Source: Candidatus Cloacimonadales bacterium (GTDB lineage Bacteria > Cloacimonadota > Cloacimonadia > Cloacimonadales > JAIOQZ01). Taken from it: a DNA stretch of 64,000 nt. The first letter of the stretch is position 1, and the number at the start of each line of letters is the position of its first letter. The notes below the pieces were generated by a model. That model did no database searches. It was not told where the DNA came from and saw only the letters and a list, made by a program, of their open reading frames with translations. Location of the stretch: NCBI GenBank assembly GCA_963662655.2, contig CAXXTU010000002.1, positions 832,001 to 896,000 of the forward strand. The letters are read 5' to 3'. The position numbers and the translations under genes were made by a program. Below are positions 27,895 through 37,404 of this stretch, in pieces.

Positions 27895-29333
27895 GAATCA
27901 TTCTCCGGCGAATCGATGCACGCCGCCGCATCCCTCATGCTCAAGGGATCGACGTACAGCGTTTTCTGATTGGTATAGGTCACGAATCCGGGTGCGCTTC
28001 CACGGGGTTTGCGGATGTAACGGATTTGCGTCATATCGACCGGCACGTTGCTCGATTTCTTCGCCTTGCTGTAGTAAGCAGCCAGCCTCGCGGCAAGCAT
28101 CGTGTGCTCGGGGGACGGTTCCTTTTTCTTGTAATTGCGTAGCACAACGTGTGATCCCTTGAAAATCCTGCTGTGGAACCACCAGTCCCAGGGTTTGGCA
28201 AAACGCGTGGTAAGTTGATCGTTCTCCGTTGAGGTCCTTCCGATGAATATCTCCCAGCCGTCGTCGATCATCAACCTTCGATAGGGAGCCTTGCGCGCTG
28301 TCTCGCCCTTCTTGGCGATTCCGGCTTTCGAAAACTCCTTCAGCGCGAGGTAATCACTTTCGTCCTCCAGGTCGAAAAGCCAGCGGTGAAGCTCATCGAT
28401 CTCTGCTTCCGTGTTGGCAATCTGCTCTTCGATCATCTTTGCACCGTTCTTGGCCTTGCGGTACTTCTTCAGGTATCGCTCGATGTTCTTCTGGGGCGTC
28501 AGCTCAGGCAACAGGGTGATATCCACCTCATCCTGCCCGGGCTTGTAATAATCCACCACCGTTACGGAATCCTGGCCTTTCTTCAAGAGATGATAATGCG
28601 CCTTCAAGAGCTCCGCTGCCTGAAGCCAGTCGGTTTCCTTCTCTGCCTGGCTTCTTTCCTGCAGCTGTTTTTCGAGCTTCTTGACCTTCTTTTTCATATC
28701 GCGCTTGATCGATTTCACGATGTCGTTGCGGATATGATCCGCTTTGTCCCCGAGCTGCTTTACGTAATAAAAATCATGCAGATAATCGTTGATGGAATCG
28801 TAGTTCCTAGCGTTTAACTGGGGGATATCGGTTGTCGCATCGTGTTGTTGGAAGCCTGCCGGAGGTGGAAGATACTCCACGCCGGGTAAAATCTGGCGAT
28901 GCTGGTTCTCCGCGAAGCTGAAACGTCGCAGTGAATCGAAGATAATGCCGTCTTGCACTAAAATGAGATTGGTGAAACGCGGTATCAATTCCGCGACGAG
29001 TATGAGCTCTTCCTGCTTTCCGTCCAAGGCGGTGCGGAAGAAGTGAAATCGAATGATCCGGTCATGCTCGCTGATGGATACATCCCCCAGGCGAGTGTGT
29101 TGCAACCGGTGTATGATGGGACTGATCTCGTTCGCCGGGACGAACGGGAGTTTCGTCTTCTTTACGGTGAAACAGAACGGATTACCTGAGAAGAGCGAGA
29201 TTTGAAGATCCTCTTTCGCCTTCGGGAAGGTGAGCAGGTACTGATCCTCGAATCGAAGAATTTCCCCCAGCAGCGGCCTCTTCCCGGCAAGTTCCTGCCC
29301 GTGTAACCATTGATTCAGATATACGTATTCCAT
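27891..29333 (-). CDS. rqcH: NFACT/Rqc2-family ribosome quality-control protein (FbpA-like)
   Basis: HDRII, LVAELIPRFTNLILV, IGRTSTENDQLT and WFHSRIFKGSHV motifs. Confidence 0.85.
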   Translation of the reverse strand: MEYVYLNQWLHGQELAGKRPLLGEILRFEDQYLLTFPKAKEDLQISLFSGNPFCFTVKKTKLPFVPANEISPIIHRLQHTRLGDVSISEHDRIIRFHFFRTALDGKQEELILVAELIPRFTNLILVQDGIIFDSLRRFSFAENQHRQILPGVEYLPPPAGFQQHDATTDIPQLNARNYDSINDYLHDFYYVKQLGDKADHIRNDIVKSIKRDMKKKVKKLEKQLQERSQAEKETDWLQAAELLKAHYHLLKKGQDSVTVVDYYKPGQDEVDITLLPELTPQKNIERYLKKYRKAKNGAKMIEEQIANTEAEIDELHRWLFDLEDESDYLALKEFSKAGIAKKGETARKAPYRRLMIDDGWEIFIGRTSTENDQLTTRFAKPWDWWFHSRIFKGSHVVLRNYKKKEPSPEHTMLAARLAAYYSKAKKSSNVPVDMTQIRYIRKPRGSAPGFVTYTNQKTLYVDPLSMRDAAACIDSPENDS

Positions 29334-29373
29334 GTCGAAGCCACCGCGAAAATTCTATAGGAGAGCAGTTCTC

Positions 29374-29706
29374 CTAAAATTCGTAGGCGTAACCGTCCTT
29401 TACGATTCTCTGGACAACGAAACGGTCTTCATCGTAGAAACCTGTCATTTCCATGAAATCGAATTTCACCAGCTTCAACCCGAGCTCTTCTTCCAGGAAC
29501 TCTTCCTCAGGCAACGCAAGCTTCAAGCGTTCCTTGTTGGGAAGCTGAAGAAACCAGGTTTCGTCTTCGTACAGCAATTTCCCTTTAAAGGTGTACAGTT
29601 TACCGACGTCTTCCTCGCCCTTGGGGCTCGTTGCCGCAACAGCAGCCAACATCCCGAGCTGAAGAAGCATCGCTGCCAGCAATGCAACCATGATGAGCTT
29701 TTTCAT
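29374..29706 (-). CDS. hypothetical exported protein (possibly OB-fold-like)
   Basis: Signal peptide MKKLIMVALLAAMLL; GAGGA RBS. Confidence 0.6.
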   Translation of the reverse strand: MKKLIMVALLAAMLLQLGMLAAVAATSPKGEEDVGKLYTFKGKLLYEDETWFLQLPNKERLKLALPEEEFLEEELGLKLVKFDFMEMTGFYDEDRFVVQRIVKDGYAYEF

Positions 29707-29720
29707 AGGATCCTCGCTCG

Positions 29721-29909
29721 TTATTTCTTCTTTTTCAGTGAGATCACCAGTTCGTATTCGTTGGGTGGGCAATCCCATATCTGCTTGTTGAGGAACTCGA
29801 TCGGGTTCTCCATCAGTTCCTTTTCACTGACTTCCCTGAACCGGTTCTCTTCCTCGATGACCCAGTACATCTTCTCTTTCTTCGTAGAGACGACCTTTTT
29901 TGTCGGCAT
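29721..29909 (-). CDS. small hypothetical protein (62 aa)
   Basis: AGGAGA RBS; MPTKKVVS...YELVISLKKKK; TTGACT upstream. Confidence 0.55.
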   Translation of the reverse strand: MPTKKVVSTKKEKMYWVIEEENRFREVSEKELMENPIEFLNKQIWDCPPNEYELVISLKKKK

Positions 29910-30011
29910 AATTTCTCCTACAATTACATATTCAGGATGGTTTTGCACAAAGTCAAGTAAAGCTTTGATCGTAATGTTGGATTTATACTTTTGACATTTC
30001 TTCCGACAATT

Positions 30012-30096
30012 GACGGCGCAGACGTAAATGCTCTCGAACCTTCTGGATCGGGGGCATATAATGCTCGTATTATCCTTGCGGAAACGTCTGGCCACC
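30012..30096. ncRNA. candidate four-way-junction structured RNA
   Basis: cagacgt/acgtctg helix closing three hairpins. Confidence 0.35.
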
Positions 30097-30106
30097 TAAC
30101 ACCTTC

Positions 30107-30982
30107 CTATATTATCTGATACGATTTCAGTACATTCTCGAGTTTCTTGCGATTCACTTCCGAAAGATTCACGAGTGGAAGCCTAATCTCGTCTTCGATC
30201 ATACCCATCATGGCGAGAGCGGACTTCACCGGAATGGGATTGGTTTCGTAGAACATCGCGGCGTTGATCTCGATCAGCTCCTGATGAATCTCAAGCGCGC
30301 GCTTGTAGTCGCCTTTCAGGCAGCTTTCGGCCAATTGACTCACCTTTCCCGGCATCACGTTCGCGGTCACGGAAATAACGCCTTTCGCGCCGCAGGCCAT
30401 GAGAGGCATGTTCAGCGCGTCCTCGCCGGACATCACGGAGAAATCATCGCGCGTGTCCCGGGCAACGATGGACGCCTTCACCAGATCGCCGCTGGCGGCT
30501 TTGAGCCCGACAATGCGCGGGCATTCTTCGGCAAGGCGAAGGATGGTCTCCGTGGCGATATTCACGCTCGTGCGCCCCGGAACGTTGTAAATGACGATGG
30601 GGATGTCGGTTTGGTCGTGGACCCTCTTGAAGAACTGGTAGAGCCCTTCCTGCGTGGGTTTGTTGTAGTACGGGGTGATGACGAGGGCGTAATCGATTCC
30701 GTATTCCTTCGCGCCGGCTGTCGCCGAGACTGTTTTACCCAGGTTGTTCGTGCCGGTTCCCAGCATGATGGGAAGCTTCCCGTTGATGCGCTGTACGCAG
30801 AAGCGTATCATCCGGTCTTTCTCGTCGCCGGCAAGCGTTGGAGATTCGCCGGTCGTGCCGTTCAGAAGGATTCCATGCGTTCCTTCCTTCATGTGAAAAT
30901 CGAGCAGTTTTTCCAGCGCGTTATAATCGATCTCGTTTTTCTTGAACGGTGTAACGAGCGCAACGTAAGAACCTTGAAGCAT
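30107..30982 (-). CDS. dapA: 4-hydroxy-tetrahydrodipicolinate synthase
   Basis: ALVTPF, GTTGES, PYYNKP, YNVPGRT and ETNPIPVK motifs; AGGAGG RBS. Confidence 0.96.
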   Translation of the reverse strand: MLQGSYVALVTPFKKNEIDYNALEKLLDFHMKEGTHGILLNGTTGESPTLAGDEKDRMIRFCVQRINGKLPIMLGTGTNNLGKTVSATAGAKEYGIDYALVITPYYNKPTQEGLYQFFKRVHDQTDIPIVIYNVPGRTSVNIATETILRLAEECPRIVGLKAASGDLVKASIVARDTRDDFSVMSGEDALNMPLMACGAKGVISVTANVMPGKVSQLAESCLKGDYKRALEIHQELIEINAAMFYETNPIPVKSALAMMGMIEDEIRLPLVNLSEVNRKKLENVLKSYQII

Positions 30983-30995
30983 GTTTCCTCCTATT

Positions 30996-31147
30996 TTCTT
31001 TTCGGCTTTGACGAAGTCAAAACGAAAACTTCGAACGTAAGCCTTTCGCAAAGCGAAATGCGAAAGTGGAAAATTATCTTCCTTATTCTTTTCGGCTTTG
31101 ACGAAGTCAAAACGAAGACTTCGAACCTAAGCCTTTCGCAAAGCGAA
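30996..31147. repeat. 62-bp direct repeat x2 (90-bp period) with internal hairpins
   Basis: 30996-31057 versus 31086-31147, 2 mismatches. Confidence 0.9.
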
Positions 31148-31189
31148 GTCATTAAATCCTTATTTTGTCCCAGTGATCACCCTAATCCC

Positions 31190-31234
31190 TGTCATCCTGA
31201 GTGATCCCGATTTATCGGGATTGTGTCGAAGGAC
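31190..31234. repeat. REP-like copy with internal ATCCCGAT/ATCGGGAT hairpin insertion
   Basis: tgtcatcctgagtg-atcccgatttatcgggat-tgtgtcgaaggac. Confidence 0.8.
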
Positions 31235-31247
31235 GGCATTATCTATT

Positions 31248-31745
31248 TCATTCCTGAGGAAATCCACCTGCAAAGCCAATCTGGCGCCAGGCCTCGTACA
31301 GGATAACCGCGACGCTGTTGGACAGATTGATGGATCGAATGTCATCGGTCATCGGGATGCGGATGTTCCTTTCCCGATGCTCTGCAAGAATATCTTCCGG
31401 AATGCCGGAGGTCTCCGGTCCAAATACGAATACGTCACCCTGCCGGTAGTCAAAGCTGGTATAGGCTTTCGTTGATTTTGTCGTACACAGGAAAATTCTG
31501 TCAACAGGAAATTTGGACAAAAAGTCCTCGAAACTCTCGTGGAAAAGGGGATTCAGCTTTTCCCAGTAGTCAAGCCCCGCACGTTTGAGATACTTGTCCG
31601 TGATTAGAAAACGCATTGGCTTGATAATGTGGAGGTTAGCCCCCATCCCAACGCAAAGCCTGCCGATGTTCCCCGTATTGGAGGGTATCTCCGGTCGGAA
31701 AAGCACAACATGGAAGCTGGGGAGATTATTCTCGCCTACTCCCAT
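31248..31745 (-). CDS. trmL: tRNA (cytidine/uridine-2'-O)-methyltransferase, SpoU family
   Basis: PEIPSNTGNIGR, KRAGLDYW, FGPETSG and RSINLSNS motifs. Confidence 0.93.
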   Translation of the reverse strand: MGVGENNLPSFHVVLFRPEIPSNTGNIGRLCVGMGANLHIIKPMRFLITDKYLKRAGLDYWEKLNPLFHESFEDFLSKFPVDRIFLCTTKSTKAYTSFDYRQGDVFVFGPETSGIPEDILAEHRERNIRIPMTDDIRSINLSNSVAVILYEAWRQIGFAGGFPQE

Positions 31746-32758
31746 TCTTTTTCCCACTTGCGCTTCAGGTAGCTCTCGTTGCAGTTCTCTTTCTTGCCCC
31801 ACTTGCTGGAAAACTCTTTGACCGGTACTTCGATCGCGTCGAAAGACTCGGGCAGTTCGACACCCTCGTTCACCGGGTACATCCACGAAATCTCCGGGAT
31901 TTTCTCCTGTAAATCTTTGGAAAGCAGGTACTCGATGTACTTCTGCGCGAGCGCGCGGTTCCGGGTCCCTTTTACGATCCCGGCACAATCGTAGTACTTG
32001 TATCCGCCTTCCTGAAGCATGTAAATTTGATAGCGAGCGTCGTCGCCATCCTTGCGCAGCCGCTCCAGGCGTGTCATTTTCACCATCGCGATATCCGCTT
32101 CCCCGGCCATGAACCTGTTGAACGAGTCCTCTTCCGTATTCGTCAGCATGATCACGTTTGGCTTGATACTGCGCCAGACCTTGGGGAAACCGAACGGACC
32201 TGCGAAAGTCGCGGTAAAGCGGTAAAAGGCTTTTCCAAGATTCGTCTTGAAAGGATCGGGAAGAAGGATTGCATCCTTCCAGGCGTGATCTGTCAACGCA
32301 CCGAAGGTACGCGGTGGATTTTTCACCAGAACCGTGTCGCAGATGAATCCGACATAGGTAAACTGGTACGGCGTCAGGAAACCTCTCTTGCTCACACGGT
32401 GGCGCACAGGAACTCGGTACTCATGCTCGGGGATAAACGGAGCCAGAACGCTATCCTGGCGAATCGTATCGAGGAACACGCCTCCCAGCCCGATGACCAT
32501 GTCGATGCCGGGTCGATTTTTATATTTCCGCAAGGTATCGATGATCGCTCCCGCGTTTTCCATCTCGACAAACCTGAGTGAGCAATTCTGCTTCTCTTCG
32601 AACGTTCTCCGGGTCGATTCTCCCAGAGTCTCGATGAAATCCTTCGTCGCGAGGATGTTCAAGCTCTTCCGGGCGGATTCTTGCTGTGCCTGCTTGCTGC
32701 AGGATAGAAGCGTCACAATCGTCAGGATCATTAAAAAACACGAGAAAAATCGATTCAC
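31736..32758 (-). CDS. thiamine-type ABC substrate-binding lipoprotein (TbpA/ThiB-like)
   Basis: Lipobox LLSC; SWMYPVN C-terminal motif. Confidence 0.7.
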   Translation of the reverse strand: MNRFFSCFLMILTIVTLLSCSKQAQQESARKSLNILATKDFIETLGESTRRTFEEKQNCSLRFVEMENAGAIIDTLRKYKNRPGIDMVIGLGGVFLDTIRQDSVLAPFIPEHEYRVPVRHRVSKRGFLTPYQFTYVGFICDTVLVKNPPRTFGALTDHAWKDAILLPDPFKTNLGKAFYRFTATFAGPFGFPKVWRSIKPNVIMLTNTEEDSFNRFMAGEADIAMVKMTRLERLRKDGDDARYQIYMLQEGGYKYYDCAGIVKGTRNRALAQKYIEYLLSKDLQEKIPEISWMYPVNEGVELPESFDAIEVPVKEFSSKWGKKENCNESYLKRKWEKEWE

Positions 32759-33507
32759 TACATTCCTCCGAATAAAATGGAAGCGACAATGAAGTCCATG
32801 AGTAGAATGAAAATGGATGCGTAGACCACCGTCAGCGTCGACGCCCTGCCCACGCCTTCAGCGCCGTTGCGTGCGCGGGAACCGATGAAGCATGCCAGCG
32901 TCGTGATGATCAGCCCGAAAACCACCGACTTGATCAATCCACCCCACAGATCGGGGGCGTCGAACATCTTGCGCATATTGTGGAAGAATTCGAATCCGCT
33001 CACGCCATACTTGAATCTCGCGACGAAGAATCCGGACATGATCCCCACGAAATTGGCGTAGACCGTAAGCATCGGCAGCACGATGAAGCCGCCCACCACG
33101 CGCGGAAGATAGAGAAAGTCAACCGGATCGATTGCGAGAATCTCCAGCGCGTCGAGCTGCTCGCTGACCTTCATTGTTCCGATTTCCGCCGCGATAGACG
33201 CGCCCACCCTTCCGGCCAGCACGAGCGCTGTAAGTACGGGAGCCAGCTCGATCATCATCGATTTCCCCACCATCACTCCGATGAGTTCCTCGGGAATGTA
33301 ACCGCTTGTCTGGTAAGTAGCTTGCAAAGAGGTGACCATTCCAGTGAAGCCGGAAGTAACCGTGATCAGCAGGATGGAATCGAATCCCATGCGCTTGATT
33401 TGAACGATGATTTGGTAAAAGCGTTTGGGCAACTTCGGGATGTGGAATATCAGCGATTCGATGAAAAGGACAAATGCTCCGATGTGGCTGAAGAACGACT
33501 GGACCAT
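32758..33507 (-). CDS. mlaE: MlaE-family ABC permease
   Basis: ELAPVLTALVLAGRVGASIAAEIGTMKVSEQLDAL and GAEGVGRA motifs. Confidence 0.9.
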   Translation of the reverse strand: MVQSFFSHIGAFVLFIESLIFHIPKLPKRFYQIIVQIKRMGFDSILLITVTSGFTGMVTSLQATYQTSGYIPEELIGVMVGKSMMIELAPVLTALVLAGRVGASIAAEIGTMKVSEQLDALEILAIDPVDFLYLPRVVGGFIVLPMLTVYANFVGIMSGFFVARFKYGVSGFEFFHNMRKMFDAPDLWGGLIKSVVFGLIITTLACFIGSRARNGAEGVGRASTLTVVYASIFILLMDFIVASILFGGM

Positions 33508-33511
33508 CAGG

Positions 33512-34882
33512 CTATCTGAGGGGATCGTAATTGCGGAAACTGACAATCTCGCCCACGAACTCGAGCTCGACCGATCCCACCGCGCCGTGTCGGTTCTTGC
33601 CGATGATCACTTCGGCGATACCGGGCTTCTCGGTTTCCTTGTTGTAGTATTCGTCGCGATAGATGAACATCACGATATCGGCGTCCTGCTCGATCGCTCC
33701 CGATTCACGGAGGTCGGCGAGGCGCGGACGCTTGTCGTCACGGTTCTCCAATCCGCGGTTAAGCTGCGAGAGAGCGATAACCGGCAACCCGAGTTCCTTC
33801 GCGAGAACCTTGAGCGCGCGGGAAATCTCGGAGATTTCCTGCTGGCGGTTGTCGCGGTTGCGCTTGGACGACATGAGCTGAAGGTAGTCGATGATGATCA
33901 GATCGAGACCGCCAAGTTCGGCCTTCAGGCGACGTGATTTGGCCCGGATATCCAGTGCGGTGTTCGTGCCGGTGTCGTCGATGTAGATATCCTTGGTGTG
34001 GAAGGCGTCGGCGACGCGCGTGATCTCGCGCAGCTTGTCCTGCGTCATGCCGAAACCCTTGAGCATCGAGTCCATCTGGACTTCCGAATTGGACGAGAGC
34101 ATACGCATGAGGATTTCGTCGCTGGCCATCTCCATGGTGAATATCGCCACCTTGAGATTGTGATGCACCGCCGCGTTGAATCCGATGTTGAGCGCGAAAG
34201 CCGTCTTTCCCATGGCGGGACGCGCAGCCAGAACGATGAACTGCCCCTTGCGGAATCCGCCGGTCTTCTTGTCGAGATCGTAGAAACCGGTGGGGACTCC
34301 CAGGACGTTCGTCTTGTTCGCGGCCACATCCTCGATATTCTGAAGCGTCTCGGGGATGATATCCGTAACGCGAACAAAGGATTTCATGTTGGAGCGCTCG
34401 GCGATGCTGAAGATCAACTGCTCGGCCTCATCGATGATGTCGTCGACCGGCATGTCCTGGCGGTAGGCTCCCTCGATGATCTCCGAACTCTTCTGGATCA
34501 GCATGCGAAGCAGCGCTTTTTCCAGAACGATGTTCGCGTGGTAATCGACGTTCGCGCCGCTGAGCACGACGTCCGAAAGTTCAATGATGTACTGCTTTCC
34601 GCCGGCCTTTTCCAGCATATTGATGGAGTCGGCCCCGCTACGGGTCTTCACTTCCGCTTTCTCCAGGCGGTTCATGAGGGTGATAACGTCGATCTCCGTG
34701 TTCTCCTCGAAGAGCTCGCAAATCGCGCGGAAAACAAATTTATGCGGTGTATGATAAAAGTGTTCTTCGGTTAGCTTCTCGATCGCCTTCGCCACGGCGG
34801 CCGGATCGATCAGCATGGCTGAAAGCACGGCAGCTTCGGCGTTGAGGTCTTTTGGAAGCGTACGTTCGACTTTACGGGTCAC
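33512..34882 (-). CDS. dnaB: replicative DNA helicase
   Basis: AARPAMGKT, IIDYLQL, LSQLNR, LRESGAIEQDAD and KNRHG motifs. Confidence 0.98.
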   Translation of the reverse strand: MTRKVERTLPKDLNAEAAVLSAMLIDPAAVAKAIEKLTEEHFYHTPHKFVFRAICELFEENTEIDVITLMNRLEKAEVKTRSGADSINMLEKAGGKQYIIELSDVVLSGANVDYHANIVLEKALLRMLIQKSSEIIEGAYRQDMPVDDIIDEAEQLIFSIAERSNMKSFVRVTDIIPETLQNIEDVAANKTNVLGVPTGFYDLDKKTGGFRKGQFIVLAARPAMGKTAFALNIGFNAAVHHNLKVAIFTMEMASDEILMRMLSSNSEVQMDSMLKGFGMTQDKLREITRVADAFHTKDIYIDDTGTNTALDIRAKSRRLKAELGGLDLIIIDYLQLMSSKRNRDNRQQEISEISRALKVLAKELGLPVIALSQLNRGLENRDDKRPRLADLRESGAIEQDADIVMFIYRDEYYNKETEKPGIAEVIIGKNRHGAVGSVELEFVGEIVSFRNYDPLR

Positions 34883-34898
34883 AAATGCTCCTGTTCAG

Positions 34899-35579
34899 TT
34901 ATAGGGAATTATAGACGTCCCGAATGCGTTGCAGATCGATCCACGCGGCCTTTTTCAGCCCCTCGTTTCGCAAAAGCGCTGCGGGGTGATACGTCGCGAA
35001 AGTGCGGATTCCTCGATACTCGTGCTCTCCTGCACGCATGGAACCGAGCGAGGCCGTTGTTTCGAGCAACGCTTGAGCGGCCACGCGACCCAGCAGGACG
35101 ATGATCTTCGGCTTGATGATATCGATCTGCTGGTCGAGCAAAGGACGGCACGCGGCAACCTCTTCCGGATTGGGATCGCGGTTCCCCGGAGGGCGACACT
35201 TCACCATGTTGCCGATGAATATCTCTTCGCGGGTGATGTTGATCGCCTTGAGCATCTTGTCGAGAAGCTGCCCCGCGCGACCCACGAATGGTTTGCCGGA
35301 TAAATCTTCGTCCCTTCCAGGGCCTTCTCCGATGAGCATCATCTTTGCCTGGGGGTTTCCTGCGCCGTAAACGAACTTGGTTCGTTGTTCCGCCAAAACG
35401 CATTTCCGGCAGTTCTGGTTTTCCCGTTCGAAACGGGCAAGCAGCTCTGCCGGATTTCCAGACGGAGTCGTATTTACCTGTTGGAGCGCTTGTTCCAGAA
35501 CGCTCTTATCGATAAATATCTCATCGATTCCCGAAACCTTGAGATAGTCCAGGTAGTTCCGGATCGATTTTCGAATCAT
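34899..35579 (-). CDS. udg: uracil-DNA glycosylase family 4 (4Fe-4S)
   Basis: CRKC, GEGPG, PFVGRAG, KCRPPGNR and YHPAA motifs. Confidence 0.93.
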   Translation of the reverse strand: MIRKSIRNYLDYLKVSGIDEIFIDKSVLEQALQQVNTTPSGNPAELLARFERENQNCRKCVLAEQRTKFVYGAGNPQAKMMLIGEGPGRDEDLSGKPFVGRAGQLLDKMLKAINITREEIFIGNMVKCRPPGNRDPNPEEVAACRPLLDQQIDIIKPKIIVLLGRVAAQALLETTASLGSMRAGEHEYRGIRTFATYHPAALLRNEGLKKAAWIDLQRIRDVYNSL

Positions 35580-35589
35580 TCTTTATGTA

Positions 35590-35814
35590 CTATTCTTCTT
35601 CGAAATCCGGATCGATGGGTATGTCCGCGATGTAATCGGGAATTTCGTTATCCGCAACATGCTCCAGCGCGGTGATGGTGAGTTTTTCTTCGAACTTGTC
35701 CTTCACCGTGGACGGAAGGTCGCTGAGGCGTCTCACTTCCAGGTTAGCAAGCTGCAGAAAGAGATAATTCATGTTGTGCTTTTCGAGAAAGGTATCAATT
35801 TTAGGATTGTTCAT
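35590..35814 (-). CDS. probable divergent RNA polymerase omega subunit
   Basis: Overlaps the 3' end of gmk; NYLFLQLANLEVRRL and KLTITALEHVADNEI resemble the omega conserved regions. Confidence 0.55.
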   Translation of the reverse strand: MNNPKIDTFLEKHNMNYLFLQLANLEVRRLSDLPSTVKDKFEEKLTITALEHVADNEIPDYIADIPIDPDFEEE

Positions 35815-36445
35815 CCATACCTCCATAGAATATTTCATTTACTTTGCGATACCGGCTCACCCGGTTCTCCTCAGATCGGATGATCGATTCGACCGCTTTC
35901 ACGGCGTCTTCGAGTTCATCGTTGACCACGAGATAATCGAAGTAATTGAGAAATCCGAGTTCCTTACGAGCGTTTTCGAGTCGCAGATCGATCGTCTCCT
36001 GCGAATCGGTACCGCGCTTTTTCAGGCGGTCCTCGAGCGTTTTCAGATCGGGCGGGATCATGAAGATCGTCACCATGGGGAGTCCGCTTCGCATCACCGA
36101 AAGCGCGCCCTGTACGTCGATATCCAGTATTACGTGCCGCCCTTCCATGAGCTGGCCGGTAACGTACTCGCGAGAAGTTCCGTACCAGTTTCCGTGCACG
36201 AGGGCGTGTTCCAGAAACATCTTCTCATCCAGCAACTTCTCGAATTCGTCTTTGCCGACAAAGAAATAGTCTTCCTTATCCTTCTCCGCTCCCCGAGGCT
36301 GGCGCGTCGTGTAGGATATCGAGTAAACGATCGGGATATCCTTCTTAGAGCGGTCTTGCATCACGCGACGCAAAACGGTCGATTTGCCGCCACCGGACGG
36401 CGCGATGAGAATGATGAGAAAGCTGCTTCTGGAATACTCTGTCAT
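35801..36445 (-). CDS. gmk: guanylate kinase
   Basis: APSGGGKST, SYTTRQPR, GNWYGT and LDIDVQG motifs. Confidence 0.97.
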   Translation of the reverse strand: MTEYSRSSFLIILIAPSGGGKSTVLRRVMQDRSKKDIPIVYSISYTTRQPRGAEKDKEDYFFVGKDEFEKLLDEKMFLEHALVHGNWYGTSREYVTGQLMEGRHVILDIDVQGALSVMRSGLPMVTIFMIPPDLKTLEDRLKKRGTDSQETIDLRLENARKELGFLNYFDYLVVNDELEDAVKAVESIIRSEENRVSRYRKVNEIFYGGMDEQS

Positions 36446-36454
36446 CTTATTGAT

Positions 36455-36832
36455 TTATTCTTCAATCATTTCCTGATATGCTTCGGCATCCATCAGTTCT
36501 TCGAGTTCTTCCGGATCGGACATCTTCACTTTGATGATCCAGCCGTTGCCGAACGCTGATTTGTTGATGAGTTCCGGCTCGTCTTCCAGAGCTTCGTTTA
36601 CGGCAATCACTTCACCCGACACCGGGCTTACCAGGTCTTCGACCGCTTTTACGGCTTCGACGGAACCAAACGCATCTCCAGCTTCCACTTCGTCGCCGAC
36701 TTCAGGAAGTTCCACATAAACGATATCACCAAGTTCGTGTTGCGCAAAATCGGTAATTCCGATAACGGCATTCTTGCCGTCTTTTTTTACCCACTCGTGG
36801 GATTCCGTGTAAAACAAACCCTTCTTGACCAT
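36455..36832 (-). CDS. gcvH: glycine cleavage system H protein
   Basis: HEWV, GITDFAQHELGDIVYVELP, lipoyl motif VEAVKA. Confidence 0.97.
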   Translation of the reverse strand: MVKKGLFYTESHEWVKKDGKNAVIGITDFAQHELGDIVYVELPEVGDEVEAGDAFGSVEAVKAVEDLVSPVSGEVIAVNEALEDEPELINKSAFGNGWIIKVKMSDPEELEELMDAEAYQEMIEE

Positions 36833-36935
36833 ACGTTCCTCCAGAACATCTTTATTTTATAGAAATCAGATACTTATCGTATCGTATCAATCAAACAAAC
36901 GTTGCCGCTGTGTCAAGAAATTATTCGAGGAGATT

Positions 36936-37225
36936 TTATGATTGCTTGTCCTTGCGCGGACCGCCGAACACCAAAGAAGCGATGTCCAGCATCTGCTGTT
37001 TCCAGTCCGATATCTGGTTGGGATGTACGTCGAATTGTACTGCAAGTTCGGCAAGCGTCCGGTCGACCTTGAGCGCGGCCAGAGCCACCTTCACCTTGAA
37101 TGTCGCCGAGTGATTACGTCGTGGTCTTCTCATTCTCTTACTCTTTAAATACTCTCTCTTTCTCTCTGATCAATCGGAGCAAGATTTCCACTTATACGCA
37201 AGTCCTAATTCCCGTGACCACTTCT
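36936..37225 (-). mobile_element. IS3-family remnant (left end and truncated OrfA)
   Basis: RRNHSATFKVKVALAAL..TLAELAVQFDVHPNQISDWK HTH; IRL-like AGTGGTC..GGAC..ATAAGTGGAAA; no OrfB. Confidence 0.8.
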
Positions 37226-37404
37226 GTTTACCCCGAGCTCATATTTGGTTGTGGATTGAGTGTGTAAGAAAATGACCCTGATAATCAATATCAAAAAAGA
37301 TTTGCCAGGATTTCAAATATAAAGATTTTTGAGATGAATAGACTGAATGCAGAAAAAAAGGCTATCGTATAAAGGACTCACTGACCAAGGAACGATAATA
37401 AACT

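Noticed and set aside
30019..30090. Hammerhead ribozyme (GTA...GAAAC framing)
   Set aside because: The required CUGANGA core is absent (ATAATGC instead)
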